Positions 49,100-63,727 of a DNA stretch of 64,000 nt are shown here, piece by piece (positions within the stretch are counted from its first letter, which is position 1; the number at the start of each line of letters is the position of its first letter). Location of the stretch: the NCBI RefSeq assembly GCF_001194135.2, contig NC_068983.1, forward strand, positions 48,679,007 to 48,743,006, in the 5' to 3' direction. The position numbers were made by a program, and so were the translations under genes. Source of the stretch: Octopus bimaculoides. Lineage: Eukaryota. Below the pieces are notes generated by a model. That model ran no database searches. It saw only the letters and a program-made list of their open reading frames with translations, and was not told where the DNA came from.

Positions 49100-49920
49100 T
49101 AACAGTAATACAGACAAAACAGTTTTTTAGAAATAACAAAAAGAATAGATCAACACATGTTATATGGTACAATGCTCCATTTCCGTATTCAATAGCTTCT
49201 AATATAAATTCTTTGCAGCACTAGTTAGGTATTTCCCACCTTCAAATAAATATAAGAAATTATGTTATCGTATTCAATCACTTGAAATTAAGCTGAGATT
49301 ATTGCAGCACTAAATAGACAGATAATTGGAGAAAATTGAAATTCTAAATGTATGAATTATTGTAGATCCGATAATATGTACAGTGAAATCAACGTTATGA
49401 ATGATCAAATTGTTAACGTAGTTAGTCTTTCCCCTTGCATTAATATTAATTTTAATAATAGCAATAGTTGTAATCCAACCTGAACACGGATTTTACTGAC
49501 GGGTGTTAGTAGAACATCTTATAATTATGGGGACAATTTACAAGTGAACAAATCCATGTGTAATTGTGTAAAGAAAACTCGATGCCCTTTAGGAAATCAG
49601 TGTTTAAAGAAGAATATAATATATCAGTGTGGAGTAATAACTAGAAATCGTAAGTATTGGTTCTTCTGCTACTGGTTGGAAATCTAGATTTTATAATCAT
49701 TCTAATTCCTATAAATATAGAAGAAAATGTAATTCTTCTAAGCTTAGTAAATGCATTTGGAATTTTAAGGAATATTAAATTTGGAATATTAAATATGATG
49801 TAAAGTGGTCCATTATTAGCTATGCACCATCGTATAATATTGGTAATTTTATTTGTGATCCCTGCCTCGAAGAATTATATTTCATAATTATTTCTGAATT
49901 AATTTTGTTGAATTTTAAAG
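49100..49920 (+). mobile_element. Penelope-like element 3' part: RT C-terminus/linker plus GIY-YIG endonuclease, decayed
   Basis: KNRSTHVIWYNAPFPYSIASNI, then CNCVKKTRCPLGNQCLKKNIIYQC, GSSATGWKSRFYNHSNSY, SKLSKCIWNFK, KYDVKWSIISYAPSY...CDPCLEE, matching the CNC...CPL.G.CL...YKA/YIG.T...FK.R..NH/WSII...C.LCL.E architecture. Confidence 0.88.
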
Positions 49921-51309
49921 ATGTTGCACTAAATTTAGAAAGTCATTCAAATATTTTAATTATTAATCATAATAATCATTTAATAAATTATTATATAATA
50001 AGGGTAACTTCTTTTAAAGTGCGTCATATAATAAGTAATAAATTATAGCGATGTAAAGTATCTAAACTTCTCTTGTATAGTGAACCTGTACAGCCTCCCG
50101 GTAAAAAGTGGTAGTAACCAGCCATTATAAATAGAGAAGTAGCCGGTCGACAGGGGAAGGTCGAGAATATATGTAGACTGTGTTGATAGTCGTGTTTGTG
50201 CTGATATAGGAATCATACTGTGATGCTGAGTGGACGTTATAACGCTCCAACCTTTTGAGGATAATAACACTGTACGACTGGGGGTGGTACAGTACCAGAT
50301 AGAACCATTCTATCGATTAATTCGGAATGTAACAGTATCTGTCAGAAGGACAGCCGTCATCAAAAGACAGAAAGAAGTGTGGCAAAAGACCGCTTTACAA
50401 CAGCTTCGATTAAGCATAACGTAGAATTTTTATCTATAAACTTTATTCTTCAATTATCCATCGAGATTATAAAAAATGTATATATTATTAATTATAATAA
50501 TTTTTCAATTATTATACAATAATCTTATTTCCTATAAAAGGGTATAATACAAAAAAAATGATATTTAATTATTCGCTATTTTTATTCTTTATTTATCTAG
50601 CGTAGTCATCAATAATTATATATATTATTTTTAATTGTAATAAATTTACAATTATAGAATAAGTTTAATTCCTATATGAGTCTATTATAATGAATATATA
50701 GATATTTGTCTTACCGACATTTTTGTTTTTCAAGTATCTAGTGAGATCCCCGGTGGTTGTAAATGTCTTTGAGTATTATAATTCTTCAGTTATTACAAGA
50801 TAAGGTTAATTCCTGTAGAAGGTTTAATTAAATAAATAAACAATTAATTATTGCGACATATAGTATATGTTTCTGTTAAACATTGCGTAACATTATCTGT
50901 AGTTTTTATTCTTTAGTTATCTATTAAGCGAAATGTAGAACTCTTGTCTGTAGATTTTATCCTTTACATATCTAGTGACTTCATCAATTTTAGTAGATAT
51001 ATATACTTATTTCCTACGTTTTATTTTCTCTGCACAGATGTCAAATTCTCAAAAATACGGAATTTGCAAGCTATTTTCTATATTACATTTTCATAAACTA
51101 AATTATTCAATGACGTCGCTCTTGGTCGAGTAAATAAAATTTGGTTTCGCGTTTCGTTTTGTTAGCATTTTTTAACAGCTAAAAATTTTCAGACTTTCAT
51201 TTAGAATTTTACCAGTTTGGATTACCATGATAATGTCCTGTTGACATAAATTTTCTTACATATTATTATTTATTTTAATATATACATATATGTATACATA
51301 CATGCATAT

Positions 51310-51680
51310 ATGGGTACAGGACATCACAAAATAACGTTAAACACAATGAGAAACTAAAAAATAAAGACGAAGACAGAAAACGAACTTTTTTTCGAACAAC
51401 GAAAAAAAAAAAAACAGTGAAACATGACATGCAACATAAAGATAATTCCTTTCTTCAGTTGTCCCTGTTCCATCTAATCCGCGTTTCGAAAGGAAGGACA
51501 ATACGCGACTTCGTTGGAACAGTCCTTCCCGCAAAGCAAATTAGTTAAATTTGGAATTTTTAGCGGAGGCTGAAAGTGTAAACAAGAACAGCACAGTGAG
51601 AACAAGACAGTACAAACAAGACAGAGCATTGAAAACAAACGGTAAGGGCTGTTAAGCCAAGACGACAGAACAATTATTAT
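51310..51680. repeat. Probable interspersed repeat
   Basis: Block gggtacaggacatcac...cagtccttcccgcaaagcaaatt recalled as an octopus dispersed repeat; no second copy in the window. Confidence 0.35.
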
Positions 51681-52184
51681 TTTGAACACGAAGTTAGATG
51701 TGGATGAGACAAAAAAAACTCACGTCTTCTCTATAGGAAGGCAGAGAGTAGAAACAAAGAATCCCTTTCGTCACGTGTCAGCGACGACAGGGTCAAGGAG
51801 AAGGAGTGAGAGAGAGCAAACGGTGAAAGGAAGAAAAGAATAAGGGAAGGTTGGGAGAGAAAAACAGAAAGGATGAAGAACAAGAGAGGGAGAGAGAGAG
51901 ACAGGAGATAGATGTGTGTGTGTGTGTCTATGTGTGAAAATATACATATATGTATGTATGTATATGTTAATGCAATTAAAGCATTCGTGTGATCTAAATT
52001 AAAGATATGGTTGCCTTCGTAAATATTACTGATTGTTAATACTCTGAATTAAAAATTTTGCATAAGATTTGTTGGATTTACCTGTCATACAAGAGAGTCT
52101 TTCTGGGATTTGTGTTCTACATACCTTTACTGGTGTACACTGATTCCTTTACACGGAGTGCCTAATTGATATCTGCCAGTTTTT

Positions 52185-52230
52185 CTTATATGTATATATA
52201 TATGTGTAAGTGTACGTGAGTGTATGTATA

Positions 52231-52281
<51 letters not shown>

Positions 52282-52485
52282 TTGTATGTCGTATATATGT
52301 GTATATATGTGTAAATACGTGTGTGTATGTATGTATGTGTGTATGTATGTGTGTGTATGTATGTATATGTATGTGTATATGTATATGTGTGTGTATGTAT
52401 ATATGTGTGTATATGTATATGTGTGTATATATATGCATGTATACGTATGTATGTGTGTATGTATGTATATATGTGTGTATGTATG

Positions 52486-52539
<54 letters not shown>

Positions 52540-52545
52540 GACATA
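52185..52545. repeat. Long compound (TA)/(TG)/(TATG) microsatellite
   Basis: Directly visible; source of six spurious ORFs. Representative of dozens of similar tracts in the window. Confidence 0.95.
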
Positions 52546-52829
52546 TAGTCTGTCTTTCTGTATTTATGTACGTGTGTTATGTGTATATTCCTGCATATGT
52601 GTGCGAGTGTATGTTTATCCATGACACTTCTATATATTATCTATTCAATTGTACTCGAACTGTATTGCCATTGATATTTTATTTCCTTAATGGACTACAT
52701 AGACTAATCGCAGCAAATTACACTGCTTTCTAATTTGTTTTGTATGCAGCAATTTAAAATTTAATATTTGCATTATTGATCAACAAAATAAATATTTATA
52801 TATGTAATTATTCATGCTTGCATGCTTGT

Positions 52830-52879
<50 letters not shown>

Positions 52880-53064
52880 ATGTATGTATGTCATTTAGTT
52901 ATTGCAAAATTTCTTGCCAGTATGTATGTAAGTATGGTTGTATGTATGTATGTATGCATACATACATCTATTTATCTATCTTTCTATCTATCTATCGACC
53001 TATCTGTCGACCTACACATACATATAAGTATATGTGTGTATATCAATAACTACCTCTATGTATA

Positions 53065-53550
<486 letters not shown>

Positions 53551-53654
53551 ATATGAATACATATATACATATTTAAATGTATATAAATGTATATGGGTAT
53601 GTACATATATATTAATATACGCACATCTATGTCTGTGTGTGTTTTTAATTTATT

Positions 53655-53810
53655 TGATTTAAGCCCGATGTCGACTTTGCCTTTCACCGTCTTGGAATCG
53701 ATATATCATGTATCAATTAAACACTGGAGTTGGCGCAATCGATTTAGCCACTGCGACAAAACTGCTGGCTTTGTGTCAAAATTTGAAACCAATATATTTG
53801 ACTTAAAGGT
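53655..53810 (+). mobile_element. Degenerate Meta-domain-like SINE fragment
   Basis: gtcgactttgcctttcaccgtcttggaatcgat...caaaatttgaaacc. Confidence 0.6.
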
Positions 53811-53940
53811 GGGTGACATGAATACCCCTATATATACTTGCAGTATCTATTCTAATATCCAAGATATATCTTGCTCCATAAATGAAGGAGACTATTTTTA
53901 TTTACTATGTAAACAACATCGTAATCGTCTTATAATTCCT

Positions 53941-54247
53941 TATTATTATTATTATGCAGGTCACTCCTTGGAATCGAACTCGAAATCTCGGAGGCATATG
54001 ACATAGTGGTTAAGAGTGCGGGCTACAAACGCTAAGATTCCGAGTTCGATTCCAAGCAGTGGCCTGAATAATAATATAATAATAATAACAACAATAATAA
54101 TAGCAACAACATCGAAAAATACCTTAGGAATGAGACCCTAGGTTCGAAATTTCTCCAAGACACCTGATGAAGGCTGGAGGGTATATCAGGCGAAACGTTG
54201 TGTTAACGACAAACAAGATGAGGACAGATATCTGTCAAATGTGAATA
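53941..54247 (+). mobile_element. Hammerhead-bearing tRNA-headed element with an inverted partial copy at its 5' end
   Basis: Inverted stub tattattatt...caggtcactccttggaatcgaactcg (53941-53990), then a plus monomer from ggcatatgacatagtggttaagag (53993) with intact B-box GAGTTCGATTCC. Confidence 0.85.
54159..54204 (+). ncRNA. Minimal type I hammerhead ribozyme motif (one stem II mismatch)
   Basis: GACAC-CTGATGA-A-GGCTG-gagggtatat-CAGGC-GAAAC-GTT-GTGTT. Confidence 0.75.
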
Positions 54248-55891
54248 CTGGTTCTATACTGTATACTGAAATACTTAGCTATATATCCTAGACATTAATA
54301 AGGAGGCTTTGTCCTCTACTGTGAAATACGGAAGCACCGCTGTCATTAACCGTATATACAGTTGTAGAATTAGATGCTATGATGGTTTTTGTCTGAGACA
54401 AAATCTCTTCAGTCATATTATTTTTAAAACGCAATATGTATCGGAAGAAAACGAACATTTTGACAAGAGTAACTCATCGGAATGTTAGACACTTCTCGCC
54501 TTTTGATTGAGGTCGCAAGAACGGGTGCACATTCCTTAAATGCTTCAAAATACATTCGTACTTTGATAGTCTTAAAAACTCGATAAACGCCATTAAAACA
54601 GCATTCAATCAAGGTAGGCATCATCTGTATATCTAAATAAATGTGTGTACACCGTGGAAAGACACGGCGGTGTGACTTTTGTTGGAGAGGAAATCTGCTT
54701 ATAGACATGTAGTGTTGAAAACACTATATCTATATCGAACGGAAACAAACATTTTCAAAGCATTACATTTGAGGCGTATTGCCCTTTTGGAGGTTTACCA
54801 ATAACGTGAACCAATTTGTCAAATAATTGAACGAAATTCGTGCATCGACATAGAAGAGTGAATGATATATTCACACATAATGAAATTGCGATGTGCGTGT
54901 GTGTGTGTGCCTGGCAGTTTGTATGTAGGTAGATGCACATATATTCAATTGTTTTAGAATACAGGTGGTAGGATATAAACTATTCAGTATATATTATATA
55001 GTGTATATTGATTACTTAACCGGAAGACATTGTTTGCGAACTTTCTTGCTATGCGAGAGTGATCAGATGTATTTAAGTAGTAGAGGCATTATTGCATTAT
55101 ATATATGTGAATCTATTATCCGTCTTCCATTTTTATTTTGTGACGTAATTGCCGGGAGCAAGAAAGTGAAGAGGCGGTGAATGGTTAAAGCATATTGAAA
55201 GTGATATTACTGTTGACACTAGAAATAAAGATCTTGAGGTAGCTATAATTATTTAATAAGAGTTTTTCAAAACATTACGTCATACCTTTTATGTTTAGTA
55301 AATAAGGTAATTAACAATATATTTTGAAATGAAAACGAAAAAAAAAATCACGTAAGTATCTATTCGACAAAATAGCTTGAAATTATCGTGGTAAAAATTA
55401 ATTAGAAAGATAAGCAACGTAAAAAAGCATAAATAATGACATAAACAAATAAATATGTGAATAAATAGATAAAAATCACCATCTTTCACTAGACACAGCG
55501 GCATCAAATTTATTGTTGTCAATGAAACAGATATATTAATAAATGACCAAGACAAGCACTCTGAAACTATATTAAGGTCAATTTAGTTTTTAACAATCAT
55601 ATCACGAATGCAGGTCAAGCAGTTGTTTACTTACTTACAAATGTTTTGATTTAAATGAATCTAATCTAATAAATCGATATCACTCAATAGAACAATTGGA
55701 GATTAATTAACCAAAATCTGACATTTTTACAAGTGATATACTTTTTATTGTAAGTGTATTTTAATTTTCTATTTTTAAATGTTTAAACTTGTACAGACTT
55801 TATTTTCCATTATGATCTCCACACTCATATCATTAGCACGGTTTACAACTGACTACACAGTCAGAGTCGGTCGAAGACAAAACTAAAGCAC

Positions 55892-55925
<34 letters not shown>

Positions 55926-56589
55926 NNNNNNNNNNNNNNNNNNNNNNNNNNNNNNNNNNNNNNNNNNNNNNNNNNNNNNNNNNNNNNNNNNNNNNNNNNN
56001 NNNNNNNNNNNNNNNNNNNNNNNNNTATATACAAACACACACACATACATAAATATGCATATACCACGCATACGCATCCAAGATCAAACACAAATATACA
56101 CACACTCATACACATATTCTCAAACACACATGTCTCATATACTTGCATACATGTACGTGAGCGTACTTACATCGGTTTGTAATGCTTTACCACTGGGCAC
56201 CATTTATCTTTCTTAACAAACTGCTAACGTAAGTATTCTCAGATTAAAAATTATGAGACAAGATTTTCCAAGACGCGGTTTCTCAATACTAGCCACATAA
56301 CTGGATACACAAGGTTTACGTTTTATCGCTAACATAATCAATACATCTCGTTAGTAATTCTTTCAAATACTTATATAATAGTTATTTAATAATTATTTAA
56401 ATATTCTGAAGCTTTTGTTCCAGATGTGATTCCGAAAGCCGTATTAGTATTTAACTGATAAAATTATATTATTTAGTTGCAAATGTTTTCTTGTATATTT
56501 TTAAGCTATCTCTGCTATTTGATTGCGAACAGATTGTGACATGTGTACACACACACACATGCACACACATACACACAGACACACTTGAC

Positions 56590-58870
56590 GTTGCTGCGAA
56601 TACTGCTCCTGATGCATATCATCACACTATTTCATGTAGCACTTGAAGCCAGCAATAGAAATACAGATTCCTCCACATATTTCACATTGACTACGTTTGT
56701 TCGTATCTTTCGATGTTCTTGCTTACTTCCTCTTTAGAATTGCTCTTTTGCATGGTGAATGCTGAATTCTTTCCCTCTCGATGCTACACCATCAAAGATT
56801 GTTCTTCTCCACCTTGCTGTATCAACAGCTTCTTCTTCCTTGCTCTTAAATGGAATAACACATTGCTTCAAGTTCATCTTTAGAATGTCTTTGTACTACC
56901 GTTAGGATTTGGAGACTTTCCTTTTTTCCTTGTTTCAATTCCCCATAAAGCATTTGCTTTGGAATTCTGGCATTACTCATTCAAGCACGATGTCCACTTC
57001 ACTTTAGAACACTCCGAGTGCTGGCGATTCTAATGCTAGACATTTGAGCTTTCTCTAAAACTGCGATATCTAGGGTATGTGTAGGCTACTTCACATGAAG
57101 CTTGTTAAAGTTATCTCTACAGATTTTCGATAAAAATTATAGCCAGCATTGAGTTTGGCTCGAAGATGGAAAATGGGTAATGAGTGCATGACGTATTTCA
57201 AGATATTTTACCCCTGGATCCAAACCATTGGCCATCCACGAACTCATTGCTTAAATAGCCATTGAATATAGCGGTGTAACATTATCGGATATACCAATTT
57301 TGCATATGAAACACATCCCTGGAAGTTCGTACGTAAATATTGTTGACTTGTGAGGATACTGCATTTTGTTTTGCAACTATAATATACTAAAAAGCATATA
57401 AGTCTCAAAAAGCATTAGTAAAACCGCTGAAGCATCTCACCTTGGTGTTTGCAGATCATCAAAGTTTCCCATCCATACAATAAAGCTGTTAGCATACTAA
57501 TTCCGTAGGCGGAAATTTTTCTTTTTAAACGTCGTGGCCAAATCTTTCTTTCAATATTTTTAAAAGCAGTTGAAGTCTTCATTCTGTATAGAATCTTTTT
57601 TCCAGGTATGTAAAAGCCTTCACTAATTTTAATTACTTATCTCCTAATATCTTTGGTTGAACATAACCTGTTTCAGATGCAGCCTGCAATATAGCTTCTG
57701 TTTTCTTCAAAATCATTTCCTATCTAAAAGCTCGATATGATGCATTGAAAACCGTAATGAGATCCTGCAAGTTCTGTTCTGTGTGAGATAATAGTCATGC
57801 GTTTGTAATAATTTTCTAACAAAAGATTCAAACATCCTAGTTCCTATGGTAACTCTTCTGATGTTGAACAATCTTTGCGTAGTACGAAATCTGATGTAGA
57901 TTCCCTTCGTGTTACCTTTAAATGCCACCATGAGTATTGCTGTAGATTAAAGGGCAAATAACATTAGTGAAAAAATGTCTCTTCACTTTATTCACACTTC
58001 AACTGGAAAAGGGTTCACATAAATTACCATTAAAGTACTCTCTAACCTTCATTTTGTTATGTATAGACCATATCGGGTCTGTAAATTTGTCAAGACAACC
58101 AAAGTTCTTTACTACATTCCATAGCATTGATCTGTTCATCGCACCAAAAGCCTTGGTAACATGAATAACACCGTTGATACAATTCAAGATTCTACTCAAT
58201 ACACTTTTCCTGCAGAAAATATATCACCTGTTCCTCTTTAAGCTCTAAAATAACATTGTGCATCCAGAAGAATATAATTTAACACTGGAAAATAATCTGT
58301 TCAGTAGAACTCTGGCTAAAACGTTGCTCATTATAAACAACGGCGACATGCCGCGACAGATTCCGCATTCAGATTTCTCACCTTTCTTAAACAGATTACC
58401 AAAAAAACATCTCGCCCGGCTTAAATTTGTTCAGGAGTCCCATACATGAGAAATAACCTCTTACAGCATAATCTACAGCTTATCTCACCAACATTTCAAT
58501 AAATCTGCAGGTATTTCATCCATACCTGATGATTTCCCATTGTTCATTTTTGATATGGCTTTTTGATTTCTTCCTTATGTGGGGCTTTATTTAAACATAC
58601 TTTTAATAAAAGCTGCCCGCTATGGTCTGGCACAACTTCATCGATCTCTGTTATCCTGTTCAAAATCTCACTCTAGTGTTCCCTCCAAGCTTGTTTTTCA
58701 TTTGACTGCTTTCAGATTTTATATCCATCCTTGGCATTTTTCGGCAGTTGGTACATTTAGCATCTGATTCGTTTTGAAGGCTTGAGCTTTTTTTCTTCCC
58801 AACAGACATATCTGACCTGATGCCGCGCAAATGCCTTTGCACTTCACCGTTCATCTTTTGTAAAGCTTTG
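56590..58870 (-). mobile_element. RTE-clade LINE, RT domain to 3' end, decayed (about 2.3 kb)
   Basis: Pieces AISKMNNGKSSGMDEIPADLLK, LFKKGEKSECG, TKAFGAMNRSMLWNVVKNFGCLDKF, RLKWSGHRA.MSNARIPKQMLYGELKQG-like, and terminal CEICGGICISIAG. Confidence 0.92.
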
Positions 58871-59836
58871 AAGATAAATTTAGTTTAATGGATGTAAAGA
58901 AGTGACTTAGAAGCTTGAAAGTAACATCAGAAAAAATAAAATCAAAGGAAAAAGTGTTACATGCAATACTGTAAACGGAGAAGACGATGTTCGTAGTTTT
59001 TCATATTTGCACTGAAATGACAATACAGAGCGGAAGTACGTACCAGGGGAGAAACAGAATGTGACTCTGGTCTGAGTTGTAGTTAGGTGTGAGTAAAGTG
59101 TAAGAAAGAGGTGAAAAAAGTTATGTTATATAGAAAAGTGGAAGAAAAGGGTATGAGTAAGGGAGGAGCAGCAATAAGAAATATAAAATGGGTTTTTGAC
59201 TTAGCAGTTCTAATGAAGATTTTGAGTTTATAATGTCTGAATTAGAGAAACTTCAGCGATAGAAAGGCTCTTGTTGAAAGGTGAAGAGACGATAAGTCCA
59301 ACAACGTCAGCGTCTATATAAGGAATTGGAAGAATGAGAAAGTACTGAAGAGACACAAATAGATTGAAATAGACAGGGGTACGATACAGAGAGACAAGGG
59401 GCAGAGAGAGAGTGACAGAGGGAAAGAAAGATAGAAAAAAAAGTAAGAGGGAGAGCTAGATAGAGAACTAGCAATAAACAACAAAGAAAATGCAGGAAGA
59501 GAAGAAAGAGACAGAGAGGAGGAAATGTATAATAAATTCAGTCGAGGAGAAAACGTGTATGACCAAGCGATAAACGAAACTGCACGCTCCGAAAATGAAA
59601 ATAGTCAAAAGAAATTGTTATGCGAAAATAAAAGACTGTAAAGGAAAATCAGACACGAAACACCTCTTGTCAGAAATTGTAATTGCTATAAGCGGCGTTT
59701 CGGTGTGATTACGTTGGGAGACTTACTCCTTGGATCTATTAATATGGATGCGCCAGTAATGGTGAAACATATATGATCTGCTACATTCAGAATGTTGACA
59801 CTGGATAGTAGGGTGTGTGTGTGTACATATACTCTC

Positions 59837-59886
<50 letters not shown>

Positions 59887-60189
59887 AGAGGTGGGATGAT
59901 CATCTATACTTCGCTGTTCGCAAATTCAGAGGATATATGGTTCTTTCTAAGTATATAGCGTTTCGATGAATTTTGTAAGATAGTATGGTAATTTCAACAG
60001 TAATGATCTAGTAGCCGGGACTCAGGTCTCGGTGGTACTCGATAGAAGGGCGTGTATACATATATGTACATTTACATCTACACACAAATACACACGCAAG
60101 CACATCTATACATGTACATATGTTTATGTACAAAGCTCTTTCTCTATTCTCTCTCTCTAAATACATATACATGTACATATATCTATGGA

Positions 60190-60226
<37 letters not shown>

Positions 60227-60340
60227 TATATGAACATGTGTATATATATATATATGTTTATGTATGTGGGTGTGAGTGTACATATATATGTATATATATA
60301 GACACACAAAGACACACACACACATATATATATACATATA

Positions 60341-60707
60341 TAGGAGTGGCTGTGTGGTAAGTAGCTTGCTTACCAGCCAAATGGTTCCGGGTTCAGTCCC
60401 ACTGCGTGGCACCTTGAGCAAGTGTCTTCTACTATAGCCTCGGGCCGACCAAAGGCTTGTGAGTGGATTTGGCAGACGGAAACTGAAAAGAAGCCCGTCG
60501 TATATATATATATATGCGTGTTTTTCCCACCACAACATCGTTTGAGAACCAATGCTGGTGTGTTTACGTCCCCGTAAGTTAGCGGTTCGGCAAAGCGACC
60601 GATAGGATAAGTACTAGGCTTACAAGAATAAGTCCTGGGGTCAATTTGCTCGACTAAAGGCGGTGCTCCAGCATGGCCGCAGTCAAATGACTATAACAAG
60701 TGAAAGA

Positions 60708-60708
<1 letters not shown>
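60341..60708 (+). mobile_element. Major-family SINE
   Basis: taggagtggctgtgtggtaagtagcttgcttacc...cagtcaaatgactataacaagtgaaagag. Confidence 0.92.
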
Positions 60709-60750
<42 letters not shown>

Positions 60751-61577
60751 GTGTGTGTGTGTGAGAGAGAGAGGGTATGTGCATTGTTTCCGTTGTTTTT
60801 GTACAATAAATGAGTAAAAGTGAGAGCAGATTTCTGGAGACTGACTGACAACAACGTGCCATATCTATAATCCATATCATGTTTATACAAATTCATTAGC
60901 ATTATATTTGCTATATTTGAATGCTTTTATTAAGTTTGGAGTTCAAAGAATCGCAAATACTACTCAAGATTTAATTAAGGAAGGAAAAATAAACCACAGT
61001 TTCTATAAATAAGTTAGTCTATATATATACGTAGAGACAGAGGAAAATAATTTTATCTGATATATCTTCTGTAGTTCTGAATAAGTATGCAATTACAGAC
61101 ATACACATCAGAAACACACAAAATATATGATCAAACAGTCGTAAACACAAGCTGATACTAATATGTGTATAGAGATGTATAAATCAGTATGTGAATGCGA
61201 TAATGCAATGTTAGAAATGTCTATTTTAATACAATGCAATTTTAGAATATATATTTAAATATTAAATACTTCATAAATGTTACATATATTACATACACGC
61301 ACATATATACGTGCGTGTGTAATATACATAATACACGTGTGATACTACAAACATTGTAATACACACACGTACACATACACTCACACACATATATATATAT
61401 TGTAATAAACTATATATTCCTACATAACATATTGCATATATTATAGGTGTAATATATATTACATATATATTATTGCATATTTCCATATAACTTTGATAAC
61501 CATCGGCCAGCATAAGCCAAATATCTAACTCAATAGCACCACCTGGTGAAGTCTTTTAGTTATATATGGGGCACCAT

Positions 61578-62075
61578 ACCCACTCTGACAAAGAATTATT
61601 ATTGTTGGAGACATATCCGGGTGTAGGAGGTTGGTCCGGGATTTTTTGAAGAAATTTGTCCAGTGAACATTTGAATTTGACGGTATCAGTTTCCGTTTGA
61701 CATATTTTGATATGGCATTAAAACGAGCTGGACCAGTTGAAGTAAAGTAATTGTGACGTAATGTTGCTATATGTACCGAATTCGATTTTTATAGTGGGCG
61801 GATAACACGGGGGCCAAGTCTTGGATGGATTGATATTAAAATTGATGCCAACATCATTTGTGCAATATTGATGGAATATTTTCCACATAACAGAAATGAT
61901 GTAGCGCTCCCGGTGGCGTTGGAGAGAGTAGAGATTGAGTTTTTTAGTCGACCCCAATAATCAATGCCTCTCATGCCGTCTATCGTTCTTGTTATTGACC
62001 TCTGGAGTGCTTCTACTTTCATAATGAGTTGTTTCGTATGGGTGGGGGACCACAGTGGGTAAAAGTACTGCATAT
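61578..62075 (-). mobile_element. CR1/L2-like LINE 3' fragment
   Basis: PLWSPTHTKQLIMKVEALQRSITRTIDGMRGIDYWGRLK, LNLYSLQRHRERYII, IHPRLG, FTSTGPARFN, LDKFLQKIPDQPPTPGY match the CR1-type C-terminus (WSP...LE.VQR..TR.I.G...Y..RLK.L.LYSL.RRRER). Confidence 0.88.
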
Positions 62076-63490
62076 ATTTGTAGATATAAATTATATGTAT
62101 GTTTATATATACATAAATCATTCAACGTTTTGAAGATACATGCAAAAACTCTCCTCTTTTGCCGGCTACAGCCTAATGATGGCAAATGGCGATACGATTT
62201 CTTTGGGTTGTACCGAACTGTGCCGATATAATGTAGAATAAACATAGTAATAACTTCGCTAGAATAAATGAATGAATGAACATGATTAACCCGATGTCCA
62301 CGGACATTACGGACTGCATCGTAATCATCTTAGAAATACGAATTGTTGTCATAAGAAACATGTAATTTGTGGCAACGCGCAGAGCGATGCATTAAAATAC
62401 TTATGTTCCATCCAAGAATAAACTGTTGTTATTACTATACATATACATGCACACATAACAAACTTATATACATAAATACAATATATATATATATTTGTAA
62501 TTATGTATGTACGTACGTACATAAACACATACGTACATACATACATACATATACATATATATATATATATATATANNNNNNNNNNNNNNNNNNNNNNNNN
62601 NNNNNNNNNNNNNNNNNNNNNNNNNNNNNNNNNNNNNNNNNNNNNNNNNNNNNNNNNNNNNNNNNNNNNNNNNNNNNNNNNNNNNNNNNNNNNNNNNNNN
62701 NNNNNNNNNNNNNNNNNNNNNNNNNNNNNNNNNNNNNNNNNNNNNNNNNNNNNNNNNNNNNNNNNNNNNNNNNNNNNNNNNNNNNNNNNNNNNNNNNNNN
62801 NNNNNNNNNNNNNNNNNNNNNNNNNNNNNNNNNNNNNNNNNNNNNNNNNNNNNNNNNNNNNNNNNNNNNNNNNNNNNNNNNNNNNNNNNNNNNNNNNNNN
62901 NNTATATATATGCGTCTCCTTAGATAACGAACATCAAGTATATACACTTCCTGCCATAAATTTCATTTATATCGTCTAAATAGATATTTAAATTATTTGG
63001 CAGACCCTTTTTTCAAGTAAGATTTGTAATCTAATTAAAGAATTTTCTTGGACATATATTTAGATATATATTCTTCGATTGCGTACTGATTGCATTAAAT
63101 GTTCTTTGTCCCCTCTCCCCATCTATTTCTCTCAGTCTTTTTCTCCATCTCTCGCTCACTCCGAAGTTAATATAAACAGCATATTCTCAAATGAAATTCC
63201 ATAAAAAAATTTCCAATACTTTTCAAAGTTGGAGTTATTACTTTGACAAAACTTGAATCACGCGAACGATTTACACTAGTCAACCACACATTGATCATTA
63301 GATATAATAGATTAAGTGTGAGACATGACTTTAGAGTATGTACCTGATAATATAAGAGGCACTGTCAATCTTTGTTCATAAAATCATGTATTTCATCGTC
63401 AAACATCAATTACGTTACAATAATGACTCCGAGAAGTCGTAATATTATGTAATTTACAAGTAACTCGCCATTAAGATATATATATGCGCG

Positions 63491-63561
<71 letters not shown>

Positions 63562-63686
63562 GCTTAAAGCTTTAACAAAGACATAAACATATATATANNN
63601 NNNNNNNNNNNNNNNNNNNNNNNNNNNNNNNNNNNNNNNNNNNNNNNNNNNNNNNNNNNNNNNNNNNNNNNNNNNNNNNNNNNNNN

Positions 63687-63727
<41 letters not shown>

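Noticed and set aside
51452-51488. GAAAC...CTGAAGA (minus) as a type II hammerhead
   Set aside because: The intervening sequence cannot form stems III and I with an NUH triplet.
54424-54708. 94-aa minus ORF
   Set aside because: No recognisable motif or splice signals; length within chance expectation for a 64 kb window.
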